This document shows, piece by piece, positions 14,937-22,435 of a DNA stretch of 22,435 nt (position 1 is the stretch's first letter; every line of letters begins with the position of its first letter). The stretch covers positions 1-22,435 of the forward strand of contig JBLGBN010000014.1 of assembly GCA_047617745.1 (NCBI GenBank), in the 5' to 3' direction. This DNA comes from Candidatus Nanohaloarchaea archaeon. Its GTDB lineage: Archaea; Nanohalarchaeota; Nanosalinia; Nanosalinales; Nanosalinaceae. The notes beneath the pieces were generated by a model. It was given only the letters and a program-made list of their open reading frames with translations. It did not search any database and was not told where the DNA came from. Made by a program: the position numbers and the translations under genes.

Positions 14937-14988
14937 ACACCTAAAAGGTTGAGAGCAGGTATTGAACCTGCCATCTCCACACCTAAAA
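14937..14988 (-). other. tRNA-3'-half/T-loop-like hairpin between 10-bp direct repeats
   Basis: Minus strand TGTGG-AGATG-GCAGG-TTCAATA-CCTGC-TCTCAAC-C; plus-strand ACACCTAAAA at 14937-14946 and 14979-14988. Confidence 0.45.
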
Positions 14989-15035
14989 CTGGAAACGGGA
15001 GTAACTTTTATAAATGAGACGACTTTCCGGTTTTT

Positions 15036-15431
15036 CTAGATCGGTGTCCTTGCTCCACACGCCTGGCACTTCAGCATTTCCACACCCTTCTCCTTTACAA
15101 TCTTGGTGTCGGGTCTGGAGCATTCCGGGCAGAAAACGTACTCCTCTGCGTACTGCTGAATCTTTCCCTGTATACTACCTCTTCTGAACTCTCCATTCAG
15201 GACAAGTTCGTCGCCTTCAATATGTCCTGCGGTTCCCAGCTCATTTTGCACGTATTTCGATAAATGTTTCTCTTCACGACCAAATTTTGATGCGATATCT
15301 GAGAGGTTTGGAATTATTGTTTTTGACCCTTCTTTCCGGGTATCGGCTACAGGGACCTCGAACCGTTCTCCTTCCTCAAGGTCTTCAGCTTCTTCCATAC
15401 CTTTGTCCAGCAGTTCGTCGTAGTCTGTCAT
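15036..15431 (-). CDS. eif2b: translation initiation factor aIF2 beta subunit
   Basis: ERFEVP, KTII.N, ELGTAG, YVFCPECSRPDT...KCQACGA zinc ribbon. Confidence 0.96.
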   Translation of the reverse strand: MTDYDELLDKGMEEAEDLEEGERFEVPVADTRKEGSKTIIPNLSDIASKFGREEKHLSKYVQNELGTAGHIEGDELVLNGEFRRGSIQGKIQQYAEEYVFCPECSRPDTKIVKEKGVEMLKCQACGARTPI

Positions 15432-15462
15432 AACTAATTTTTCAGGGTCAATTTTCTTAACC

Positions 15463-16008
15463 CTAACTTAAACTCCGGCACTCCCAGAGACCGGTCCGGT
15501 TGTGCTGAGCCTGAGCTTCCTCCGCTATAAATGGTCCATTCTCAGAATAGGAGCGCGCGTAGCCCTGGACAACCAGCTCCCTGTTAATCGAGACATTTTT
15601 GTGCAGGATTTCTCCTATTATTCGCCCGTAACTCCCTCTTTCCGGCTGGCCTTCTACAACTTCATATCTCAGCGTCACGTTTTTGTCGCTTATCTGATTT
15701 TTAACGTAGCTGGAAGCGTTCTCTCCCCAGTCTGCGAGACACTGCTCTCCGTCTTCAGTGTTGGGTATCCCTTCGAACTCAGCCGGGTCGTTTTCTGTGT
15801 GAACCTCTGGCGTGTCAATACCTTCTAAACGGACAGTATCCTCCCTTCCTGTGTATCTAATATCTACTGTGTCGCCGTCAACTACATCGGTTACAGGAAC
15901 TTCTACACTTTCGATCTGCGTCTCTTCCTTCGAGGAACCGACCTCTACTGATATACATCCGGAAATAGCGGCCGCTAAAATAAGGGTTAGAATTAAAGTC
16001 CGATCCAT
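15463..16008 (-). CDS. thermonuclease (SNase) family lipoprotein
   Basis: Lipobox ISGC after a hydrophobic signal; VVDGDT, VRLEGIDTPE, YGRII, NRELVVQGYAR, GLW motifs. Confidence 0.92.
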   Translation of the reverse strand: MDRTLILTLILAAAISGCISVEVGSSKEETQIESVEVPVTDVVDGDTVDIRYTGREDTVRLEGIDTPEVHTENDPAEFEGIPNTEDGEQCLADWGENASSYVKNQISDKNVTLRYEVVEGQPERGSYGRIIGEILHKNVSINRELVVQGYARSYSENGPFIAEEAQAQHNRTGLWECRSLS

Positions 16009-16078
16009 AGAGTGCGTTTTGGATCTCCGCTGTTTAAATTCTTGGGTTATGTGCGCTGAAATTTTCCCAGATATCTTT

Positions 16079-16819
16079 TTACAGCTTCTTGATCTTGCCC
16101 GGCTGTGGCTCGTAGAAGGTGCCCTCGCTCAGCAGGGAGTTGATCGTGTCCTCAAGCTGGTCCTCCGGTGCGTCTACTTTTTCGGCGATCTCGGAGTAAT
16201 CTGCTCCTTCCTCTTTGTCGAGTTCTTCTACCGCGTCAATGATATCTCTTTCCAGGTTCTCTCTTTCCTCTCCAGAGGTTTCGAACTGCTCCCCGAAGCT
16301 CTGGAGTAGCGAGTCAACCTCATCTTCGTCAAGTTTCCCGGCCATTTCCTTCTCTATTTCCTCCTGATCTTTACCGGATTCCTTCAGCTGCTTGACAGTT
16401 TCCTTAATCTGGTTCCACTCCTCTGTTGTCTTCTTGTGCTTTAGTTCGTGGAGAAGTTCTTCTTTAACATCTCTTTTCTTCAGGATTTCTGCGTTCATGT
16501 AGATCTCCCCCTGGTACTCTCGGACTTTGCCGACAGCCTCTACGATATCTCCGACCTCGAAATCTTCGATAAGCGAAAGGTCGTTGAAGAACTTGATCTG
16601 GATAGTATCTGTTCCATCGTCGAGGGTTAATGAACCGTATGTCTCATCTTCGTTTGTGAAGGAGTCGACTACTGTTGCGACAATTCTTGCTCTTGAAAAT
16701 CTTCTTCCGTTAGGCACCAGAAGGTAGTTTGGTGTGAATCCTTCTTTCTGAAAGTATTTTCCTGAATTCAGTTCTTCTGCGGTCGCCAGTTTAGCGGTCT
16801 GTCTTTTCTGCTGCGGCAT
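16079..16819 (-). CDS. RPA32-like OB-fold plus winged-helix protein
   Basis: RARIVATVV...LDDGTDTI...VEAVGKVREY OB fold; C-terminal LLSEGTFYEPQPGKIKKL winged helix; downstream of mcm. Confidence 0.82.
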   Translation of the reverse strand: MPQQKRQTAKLATAEELNSGKYFQKEGFTPNYLLVPNGRRFSRARIVATVVDSFTNEDETYGSLTLDDGTDTIQIKFFNDLSLIEDFEVGDIVEAVGKVREYQGEIYMNAEILKKRDVKEELLHELKHKKTTEEWNQIKETVKQLKESGKDQEEIEKEMAGKLDEDEVDSLLQSFGEQFETSGEERENLERDIIDAVEELDKEEGADYSEIAEKVDAPEDQLEDTINSLLSEGTFYEPQPGKIKKL

Positions 16820-16865
16820 ATTATTCACTCTTCAGTTAAGTCTTATCAATCTAACCGGGTTTCCA

Positions 16866-18857
16866 TCACATCATTTTGACTTTTCCGGGTTCCGGTTCAA
16901 ATACTTCTCCGTCCCTCATGAGCTGTCTGATCATTTTCTCAGCTTTCTCTCGGTCGAGTCCTTCTTCCTCGGCTTCATCCAGCACGTCTTCCATATCCGA
17001 TGATGATTCACCCGCCATTCTCTTGAGTATATGTTTGATCGTCTGCTGCCGGTTTCTCTGGCTGGAGCTAACACCAGACTCCACAACGTCAATATCAAAC
17101 TCCCCTGTCTCCGGGTCTACACCTACCTGTTTCAGTGAGTAGGTCAGTATGTCGATAGCTCTTTCTGCGTCTTCAATCGTTACTTCTTTCTTTAGCTCAG
17201 CTCTAGCCGATGCTTCTGCGACTCTGACCAGTGCTTCCAGCTGTCTTGCGGTGATCGGTACTGATTCGCCTGCTTCTCCGCTCCCACGGGCACGCATTGA
17301 TACATAGAACTCCTGTATCTTGTTCGCGGCTTCCTGTGTTAGGTTCGGTCTCAGGTTCTTCTTCGAGTACGCTACGTACTTTCTCAGCATTTCCTGTCCT
17401 ATCTCTGCGTCAGTTTCCTCAGGATCTATGTGGTTCTGGAGTACCTGTGAGGAAAGCTTTGTATCCTTATCTTCGTCTGGCTCGTCCTTTACCGGGAAGA
17501 TGAAGTCGAACCTGGAAAGCAAAGTGTCTCCAATCTCGATCTGCTGTGGGATCGGCTCGTATGGATCAAATCTTCCTAGCTTTGGATTTCCTGCGGCAAG
17601 AATCGAGGTCTGAGCGTGGAGTGTTGCCTGGATGTTTGCCTTCGAGATTGAGATCTGCTGCTGTTCCATGGCTTCGTGAAGCGAGGATCTGTCCTCTTCT
17701 GACATCTTGTCGATCTCGTCGATCGCAGCCATACCTTTGTTCGCGAGCACTACGGCTCCAGCCTCCAGTTCGAACTCTCCTGTTGTCTCATCTCTTACTA
17801 CCGCAGCGGTTAGACCGGCGCCAGAAGAGCTCTTACCGACGACATAACGTCCTTTCGGCGCGATTTCTCCGGTGAACTTCAGCATCTGTGATTTACCTGT
17901 TCCAGGCTCACCGATTAACAGTATGTGTATATCTCCTCTGCTCTTAACACCGTCTTCCCTTGTCTTTCTAACTCCGCCGAATAACTGGAGTGCGATAGCT
18001 TTCTTGATCTGGTGGTGTCCATAGATGGAAGGCGCAATGGAACGTGCGATTTTATCAAATATCTCCGGGTCCTCCGACATCTTCTTTATTTCCTCGATCT
18101 CCTTCTCGCTTAGCTCCAGCTCCTCGAACTCCTGGTCTGTCGGTTCGAGGTAGTTACCCTCCATATAGATATCGAACTTCTTCGAGTTCTTCTTCATCGG
18201 AGTCTCCCGGATCACACCGGTTATCTCTGCCTTGTTACCAGGCACCACTTTCTTCTGGAAATCCGGATCGACAAGATCTCCCTTCAGTCTTACTGAAAGT
18301 GTTTCCGGCTGCTCTGATCCTTCCCGTGACTCAGGGTCTTCCTCCACTACGATGTTCTGCGTGTCGGTCATCTTCTTTTCCTCGACCTCGAACTTTCTCG
18401 ATCCACAGTCACATTTGTACGGCGATTTCAGTTCGGATGAGTCCTGTTCTTTCTCGTAACGGTCGCCACACTGAGAGCATTCGAATATTGCAGATACAAC
18501 CTCTGGTTTAACCTGTGAGGCTCGTTTAATCATTCCGTTGACAGGGATAAACTTACCGATATGTTTGGAGCGCAGGTTTTTCAGAAGTACGAAGTCTTCT
18601 TCCGGCATGTTGACGAAACGGATATTAGGTTCTTCGTCTGAAATTATATCTACTCCTTTGACTCCTTCCTCTGCTGCATTCATTGCGCTTTCTGGTTCGT
18701 CTCTAAGGTAGTCGCCTAGTTCTGGGTTGAAAATATCCATTTCCATAAAATCGACTACTATTGAGGATTCGCCCTCCTGCACAGCTCCAGCTACGTCTTT
18801 GTAGTACTGTTCAGAGAAAAACTCCTCGAACTCATTGACTGCCTCCCCGTACTCCAT
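16866..18857 (-). CDS. mcm: replicative helicase MCM (663 aa, no intein)
   Basis: CSQC/CDC zinc motif, Walker A GEPGTGKS, AGLTAAV, IDEIDKM, LLSRFD arginine finger, ITARQLE, C-terminal winged helix. Start at MEYGEAV. Confidence 0.98.
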   Translation of the reverse strand: MEYGEAVNEFEEFFSEQYYKDVAGAVQEGESSIVVDFMEMDIFNPELGDYLRDEPESAMNAAEEGVKGVDIISDEEPNIRFVNMPEEDFVLLKNLRSKHIGKFIPVNGMIKRASQVKPEVVSAIFECSQCGDRYEKEQDSSELKSPYKCDCGSRKFEVEEKKMTDTQNIVVEEDPESREGSEQPETLSVRLKGDLVDPDFQKKVVPGNKAEITGVIRETPMKKNSKKFDIYMEGNYLEPTDQEFEELELSEKEIEEIKKMSEDPEIFDKIARSIAPSIYGHHQIKKAIALQLFGGVRKTREDGVKSRGDIHILLIGEPGTGKSQMLKFTGEIAPKGRYVVGKSSSGAGLTAAVVRDETTGEFELEAGAVVLANKGMAAIDEIDKMSEEDRSSLHEAMEQQQISISKANIQATLHAQTSILAAGNPKLGRFDPYEPIPQQIEIGDTLLSRFDFIFPVKDEPDEDKDTKLSSQVLQNHIDPEETDAEIGQEMLRKYVAYSKKNLRPNLTQEAANKIQEFYVSMRARGSGEAGESVPITARQLEALVRVAEASARAELKKEVTIEDAERAIDILTYSLKQVGVDPETGEFDIDVVESGVSSSQRNRQQTIKHILKRMAGESSSDMEDVLDEAEEEGLDREKAEKMIRQLMRDGEVFEPEPGKVKMM

Positions 18858-18909
18858 GCTATGTATTTGGTTAGAAAAAGTCAAAAAGTATAGACACAGA
18901 ATAGTCTTT

Positions 18910-19663
<754 letters not shown>

Positions 19664-19706
19664 CTTAGGACTATCTCGGGGTAAAAATAAAGAGAAAGAA
19701 GGGGAT

Positions 19707-20267
19707 TCAAAGAGCCCCGATTTCTTTGAGGTTCTCTTTGAGTTTTGCGATGCCGTTTCTGACATCGTCGTAGGTTCTGCCTCCTGTACAGACGATTCTT
19801 CCTGATGAGAAGAGCAGGAATACTACGTTCGGTTCGTCGATCCTGTAAACCAGTCCTGGGAACTGTTCTGGCTCGTACTCTGTACCGACTAGCTCGAATG
19901 CGATCCGGTTGAGGTTGAGAGTCTCTCCCAGCTCTGAGGATGCTACCATGTTCTGGACTGTGATGTCTGGCTTGCTTCCGATCTCGACGTCTGCTTCTCT
20001 CAGCTCGTCGATGATCTTGTGGACTGCTTCCTTCGCCATTTCGGGCGATTGGGTTCCTGTACAGACAACTTTTCCTGATCCGAAGAGAAGTGCTGCTGCC
20101 TTCGGTTCTTCCAGTCTGTATACTAGTCCTGGGAACTGTTCTGGTTCGTACTCAGTGTTTTCTAGGTAGATAGCGATCCTGTCGAGAGGCATTCTCCTGT
20201 CGAGGGTTGTGGAGGCTACTACGTTTTCGATCTTTATGTTCTCGTCTTCAAAAGCGTCTTCGCTCAT
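19707..20267 (-). CDS. tbp: TATA-box-binding protein
   Basis: Two repeats of EYEPEQFPGLVYR...LLF.SG..VCTG; SD AGGTGA. Confidence 0.98.
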   Translation of the reverse strand: MSEDAFEDENIKIENVVASTTLDRRMPLDRIAIYLENTEYEPEQFPGLVYRLEEPKAAALLFGSGKVVCTGTQSPEMAKEAVHKIIDELREADVEIGSKPDITVQNMVASSELGETLNLNRIAFELVGTEYEPEQFPGLVYRIDEPNVVFLLFSSGRIVCTGGRTYDDVRNGIAKLKENLKEIGAL

Positions 20268-20418
20268 TTTTTGGTCACCTGGTAGAAGTTTTTGGTTTAT
20301 AAATAGAACTTCTTAATCTAACCTTTATAAACAACTCTTTTAAAAGGTGTGATTTCTAGCCCTGTATGACTAGAAGAGCGGCCACTCAGCAACCCTATAT
20401 AAACTAATAGACTGTTCG
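20268..20418 (-). promoter_or_regulatory. tbp upstream region with four TATA-like elements and a hairpin
   Basis: TTTATAAA 20296-20303 and 20324-20331, TTTTAAAA 20338-20345, TATATAAA 20396-20403; inverted repeat TTCTAG...CTAGAA at about 20354-20375. Confidence 0.5.
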
Positions 20419-20751
20419 TCAGCTATCTTTCAGCTTCTTTATGCTGCCAGAAACCCTTTTGACTTCAATAAAGCTTTTTTTATCCCCAATTTTATCTACA
20501 AGGGTTAAAGCAGCCCTAAAATCTTCTACACAGGATTTTTCAACCTTTATTACACCTGTTTGGTCGCTCCGATTAAACTGGTTTTTGATAAGCCAGTGGT
20601 TGGCTTCGCCTGTCCGTTTAGATCCTAGATAGCTGAGACAGCTTCCCCAGACTGAGTCAGACAACTCCCCGAAATTGACAGGCTCTTCTGCATGAACTTT
20701 GAATTTCAGGTACCGTTTTTTCTCCCTTATAGAAGGTGGTAGAGGTTTCAT
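20419..20751 (-). CDS. rnp2: RNase P protein Pop5/Rpp14
   Basis: LPPSIREKKRYLKF...FRAALTLV...VSGSIKKLK; start overlaps the rnp3 stop. Confidence 0.93.
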   Translation of the reverse strand: MKPLPPSIREKKRYLKFKVHAEEPVNFGELSDSVWGSCLSYLGSKRTGEANHWLIKNQFNRSDQTGVIKVEKSCVEDFRAALTLVDKIGDKKSFIEVKRVSGSIKKLKDS

Positions 20752-21311
20752 TATTCCTCACCTCTGATTTTTTCCGGGTGGTCTGAAACTGCTTTTTTCC
20801 CATTAGATCCTAGAGAATCAATGATCGACGCCAGATCTCGAGGAGCTCTTAAATCATACTTTGCCTCTGCTGAACTTGTAATTACATATGGTGCGTCGTA
20901 TTTTTCGCACAGCATCAGGTTTCTCTGCCAGTGCCGGAAAATGTGGCTTCTCGTTTTATTTGATGTGTCCAGCATTTTGAAATCCAGTCCGAGAGCTACA
21001 CTGTTCTTCGAGGCTTCCTTAGCCAGGACATGGTTGAAGCCGGAGGTCTTCCTGCCTTTCTCAGGGTGAAGCAAAATATCTATTCTGGGGTCCTCGACAG
21101 CTTTTCTATTTAATTTTTCGTCTCCTCCCCTGAAAACGAGTACATCTGCTTTTTCCCGGTTTTCACCAATCTTTCTCTTCAATTCCCCCCAGTCATCCGC
21201 TTCAAGGAAAACTGTTTCCAGTTCTGAATCTACCGTCCAGCCCAGCTTCTGCATCTTCTCAACTACTTTATCTGATTTATTTCTTATACAGAGGTCGTAG
21301 AACTCTGGCAT
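20751..21311 (-). CDS. rnp3: RNase P protein Rpp30
   Basis: GGDEKLNRKAVEDPRIDIL, NHVLAKEASKNSVA, YVITSSA...DLRAPRDL. Confidence 0.93.
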   Translation of the reverse strand: MPEFYDLCIRNKSDKVVEKMQKLGWTVDSELETVFLEADDWGELKRKIGENREKADVLVFRGGDEKLNRKAVEDPRIDILLHPEKGRKTSGFNHVLAKEASKNSVALGLDFKMLDTSNKTRSHIFRHWQRNLMLCEKYDAPYVITSSAEAKYDLRAPRDLASIIDSLGSNGKKAVSDHPEKIRGEE

Positions 21312-21364
21312 AAAAAGAACGGTTATCGGTTAAATTTTAATCATTTAGCATCTCAGAAAACTAG

Positions 21365-22165
21365 CTATATTTTAATCCCATATAAAGCTACATTTCCTCT
21401 AGCAAATTCTCCGCTGCTTGTAACAAACCTTATCCCGCTGTATGTATTGTTACTAGAACCATAACCTGATGCTTCGGCTTTAAGATAACCATAGTCGTTG
21501 TTGTCTGCACATGTACTTTTTGAGTAATATCCCCATTGGCTTGATGAGCCCCGGATCCCGTTAATCGTAATTTCCCCCTTTGCATAGTCTAGAGAGGAGG
21601 CTCCAAGGTTTGTTGCCAATGTTGCATGCTGGTTGTTTGATTCAATATAGGTTTCTGATGCGTTATCGCCTACATCCTTTCTGTCAACTCTACTTCTTAC
21701 ATAATTTTCTGTCCAGCTCCCTGAACTATCCTCCTGAAGTTGAAAATAAAGTTTTGCTCCAGCAGTATCAAAACTGAAATCAAAAATTACCTTGAAAGTG
21801 TCGTAGTCCGGTGTGGTTGAGGTGTTCCAGATCATTGATACCGAAGAACCACTATTTATGTTCTTTGTAGAGGTAATTTTCTCCCATGGCCCGGTGAGCG
21901 CTGAAGGAGTGTTACCTTGTAAGGTGGTTGCGTCTATATCGCTTGTTCCCTGATTTGAGGGCTGCAGGATTGACCATGCGGAAGTAGCGGAAGATAGTCC
22001 AATTGCTCCTGCGCCTAGGCCAGCCATCTTCAAGAACTGTCGGCGGTTGAGCCTCTTGGTTTCTTTTTCGTCTTCTGAACTCTTTTCATCTTCCTCTCTT
22101 TGTTTCAGTCTTTCTTCTACTTTCTTTTCCACGAGTTTTTCGAGTTTGTCTTCCGAAATTTCCAT
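21365..22165 (-). CDS. Tat-signal-bearing surface protein with phage-tail-fibre-like motifs
   Basis: Charged N-terminal extension, then LNRRQFLK plus a hydrophobic h-region ending ATSA; DIDATTLQG motif; Ser/Thr-rich beta domain ending GNVALYGIKI. Confidence 0.7.
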   Translation of the reverse strand: MEISEDKLEKLVEKKVEERLKQREEDEKSSEDEKETKRLNRRQFLKMAGLGAGAIGLSSATSAWSILQPSNQGTSDIDATTLQGNTPSALTGPWEKITSTKNINSGSSVSMIWNTSTTPDYDTFKVIFDFSFDTAGAKLYFQLQEDSSGSWTENYVRSRVDRKDVGDNASETYIESNNQHATLATNLGASSLDYAKGEITINGIRGSSSQWGYYSKSTCADNNDYGYLKAEASGYGSSNNTYSGIRFVTSSGEFARGNVALYGIKI

Positions 22166-22306
22166 ACAAACTAGTAACTAGGTTTCTTTTACTGACTTTT
22201 AATTTAACCTATTAGCGATATTTGTCTACGGACATTATGGGTTGATTCTTAACAGGATCTATATTTGTTTCTAAGTTTACTTGAGAGTTGTGGCAGCGAT
22301 TTTAGA

Positions 22307-22435
22307 TTACTGAATCTCTATTATAACTCTATCATCTCCAGGATTTCCAGAATTGCCGGGTTCGCCGTCTGTAGCACCGTTTATACCAAATCCTTTAGGA
22401 CCTCCGGTACCCCCTGTACCGCCTTTTACCCATCT
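22307..22435 (-). CDS. C-terminus of a glycine-rich protein (partial, runs off the window)
   Basis: Manual translation ...RWVKGGTGGTGGPKGFGINGATDGEPGNSGNPGDDRVIIEIQ*, stop at 22307-22309. Confidence 0.7.
   Translation of the reverse strand, partial: RWVKGGTGGTGGPKGFGINGATDGEPGNSGNPGDDRVIIEIQ

Noticed and set aside
14765..14980. 71-aa ORF overlapping the Gln-rich gene in another frame
   Set aside because: Its Arg-rich composition is atypical, so it is not called as a gene. It could act only as an overlapping uORF.
16866..18857. Intein in MCM
   Set aside because: The length is 663 aa with contiguous Walker A and other motifs, leaving no insertion.
19790..20160. DNA repeat within tbp
   Set aside because: This is the normal internal duplication of TBP.

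Overview
This is a compact archaeal chromosome segment with very acidic proteins, moderate GC, tiny intergenic spaces and many leaderless TATA promoters. That pattern best fits a halophilic DPANN archaeon (Nanohaloarchaeota-like); the taxonomy is inference. Core genes include MCM, an RPA32-like subunit, single-OB SSB, a short Orc1/Cdc6 with an AT-rich upstream region, TBP, aIF2-beta, Lsm-rpl37e, rps8e, a DRG GTPase, a Vms1/acVLRF1 protein, EndoIII, RNase P Pop5/Rpp30, two Nudix enzymes, a glutaredoxin and a thermonuclease lipoprotein. There are three tRNA genes: Thr-UGU and Lys-UUU with introns, and Ile-GAU without. Six observations stand out. (1) The Thr and Lys tRNA introns are homologous structured RNAs with collinear motifs and a covarying hairpin. 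(2) An arvABC/oapABC small-GTPase operon is extended by a coupled membrane protein and an amphi-Trp-like gene, and faces two disordered proteins that share a QN(E/D)R(I/M)IE(L/I)LE motif. (3) A tRNA-3'-half/T-loop-like element lies between 10-bp direct repeats. (4) An unlisted 35-aa leaderless ORF ends in an amphipathic helix. (5) A 15-bp repeat brackets cdc6. (6) A Tat-signal protein with phage-tail-fibre-like motifs and a glycine-rich neighbour sit at the right edge. No CRISPR array, integrase, transposase or rRNA gene is visible.
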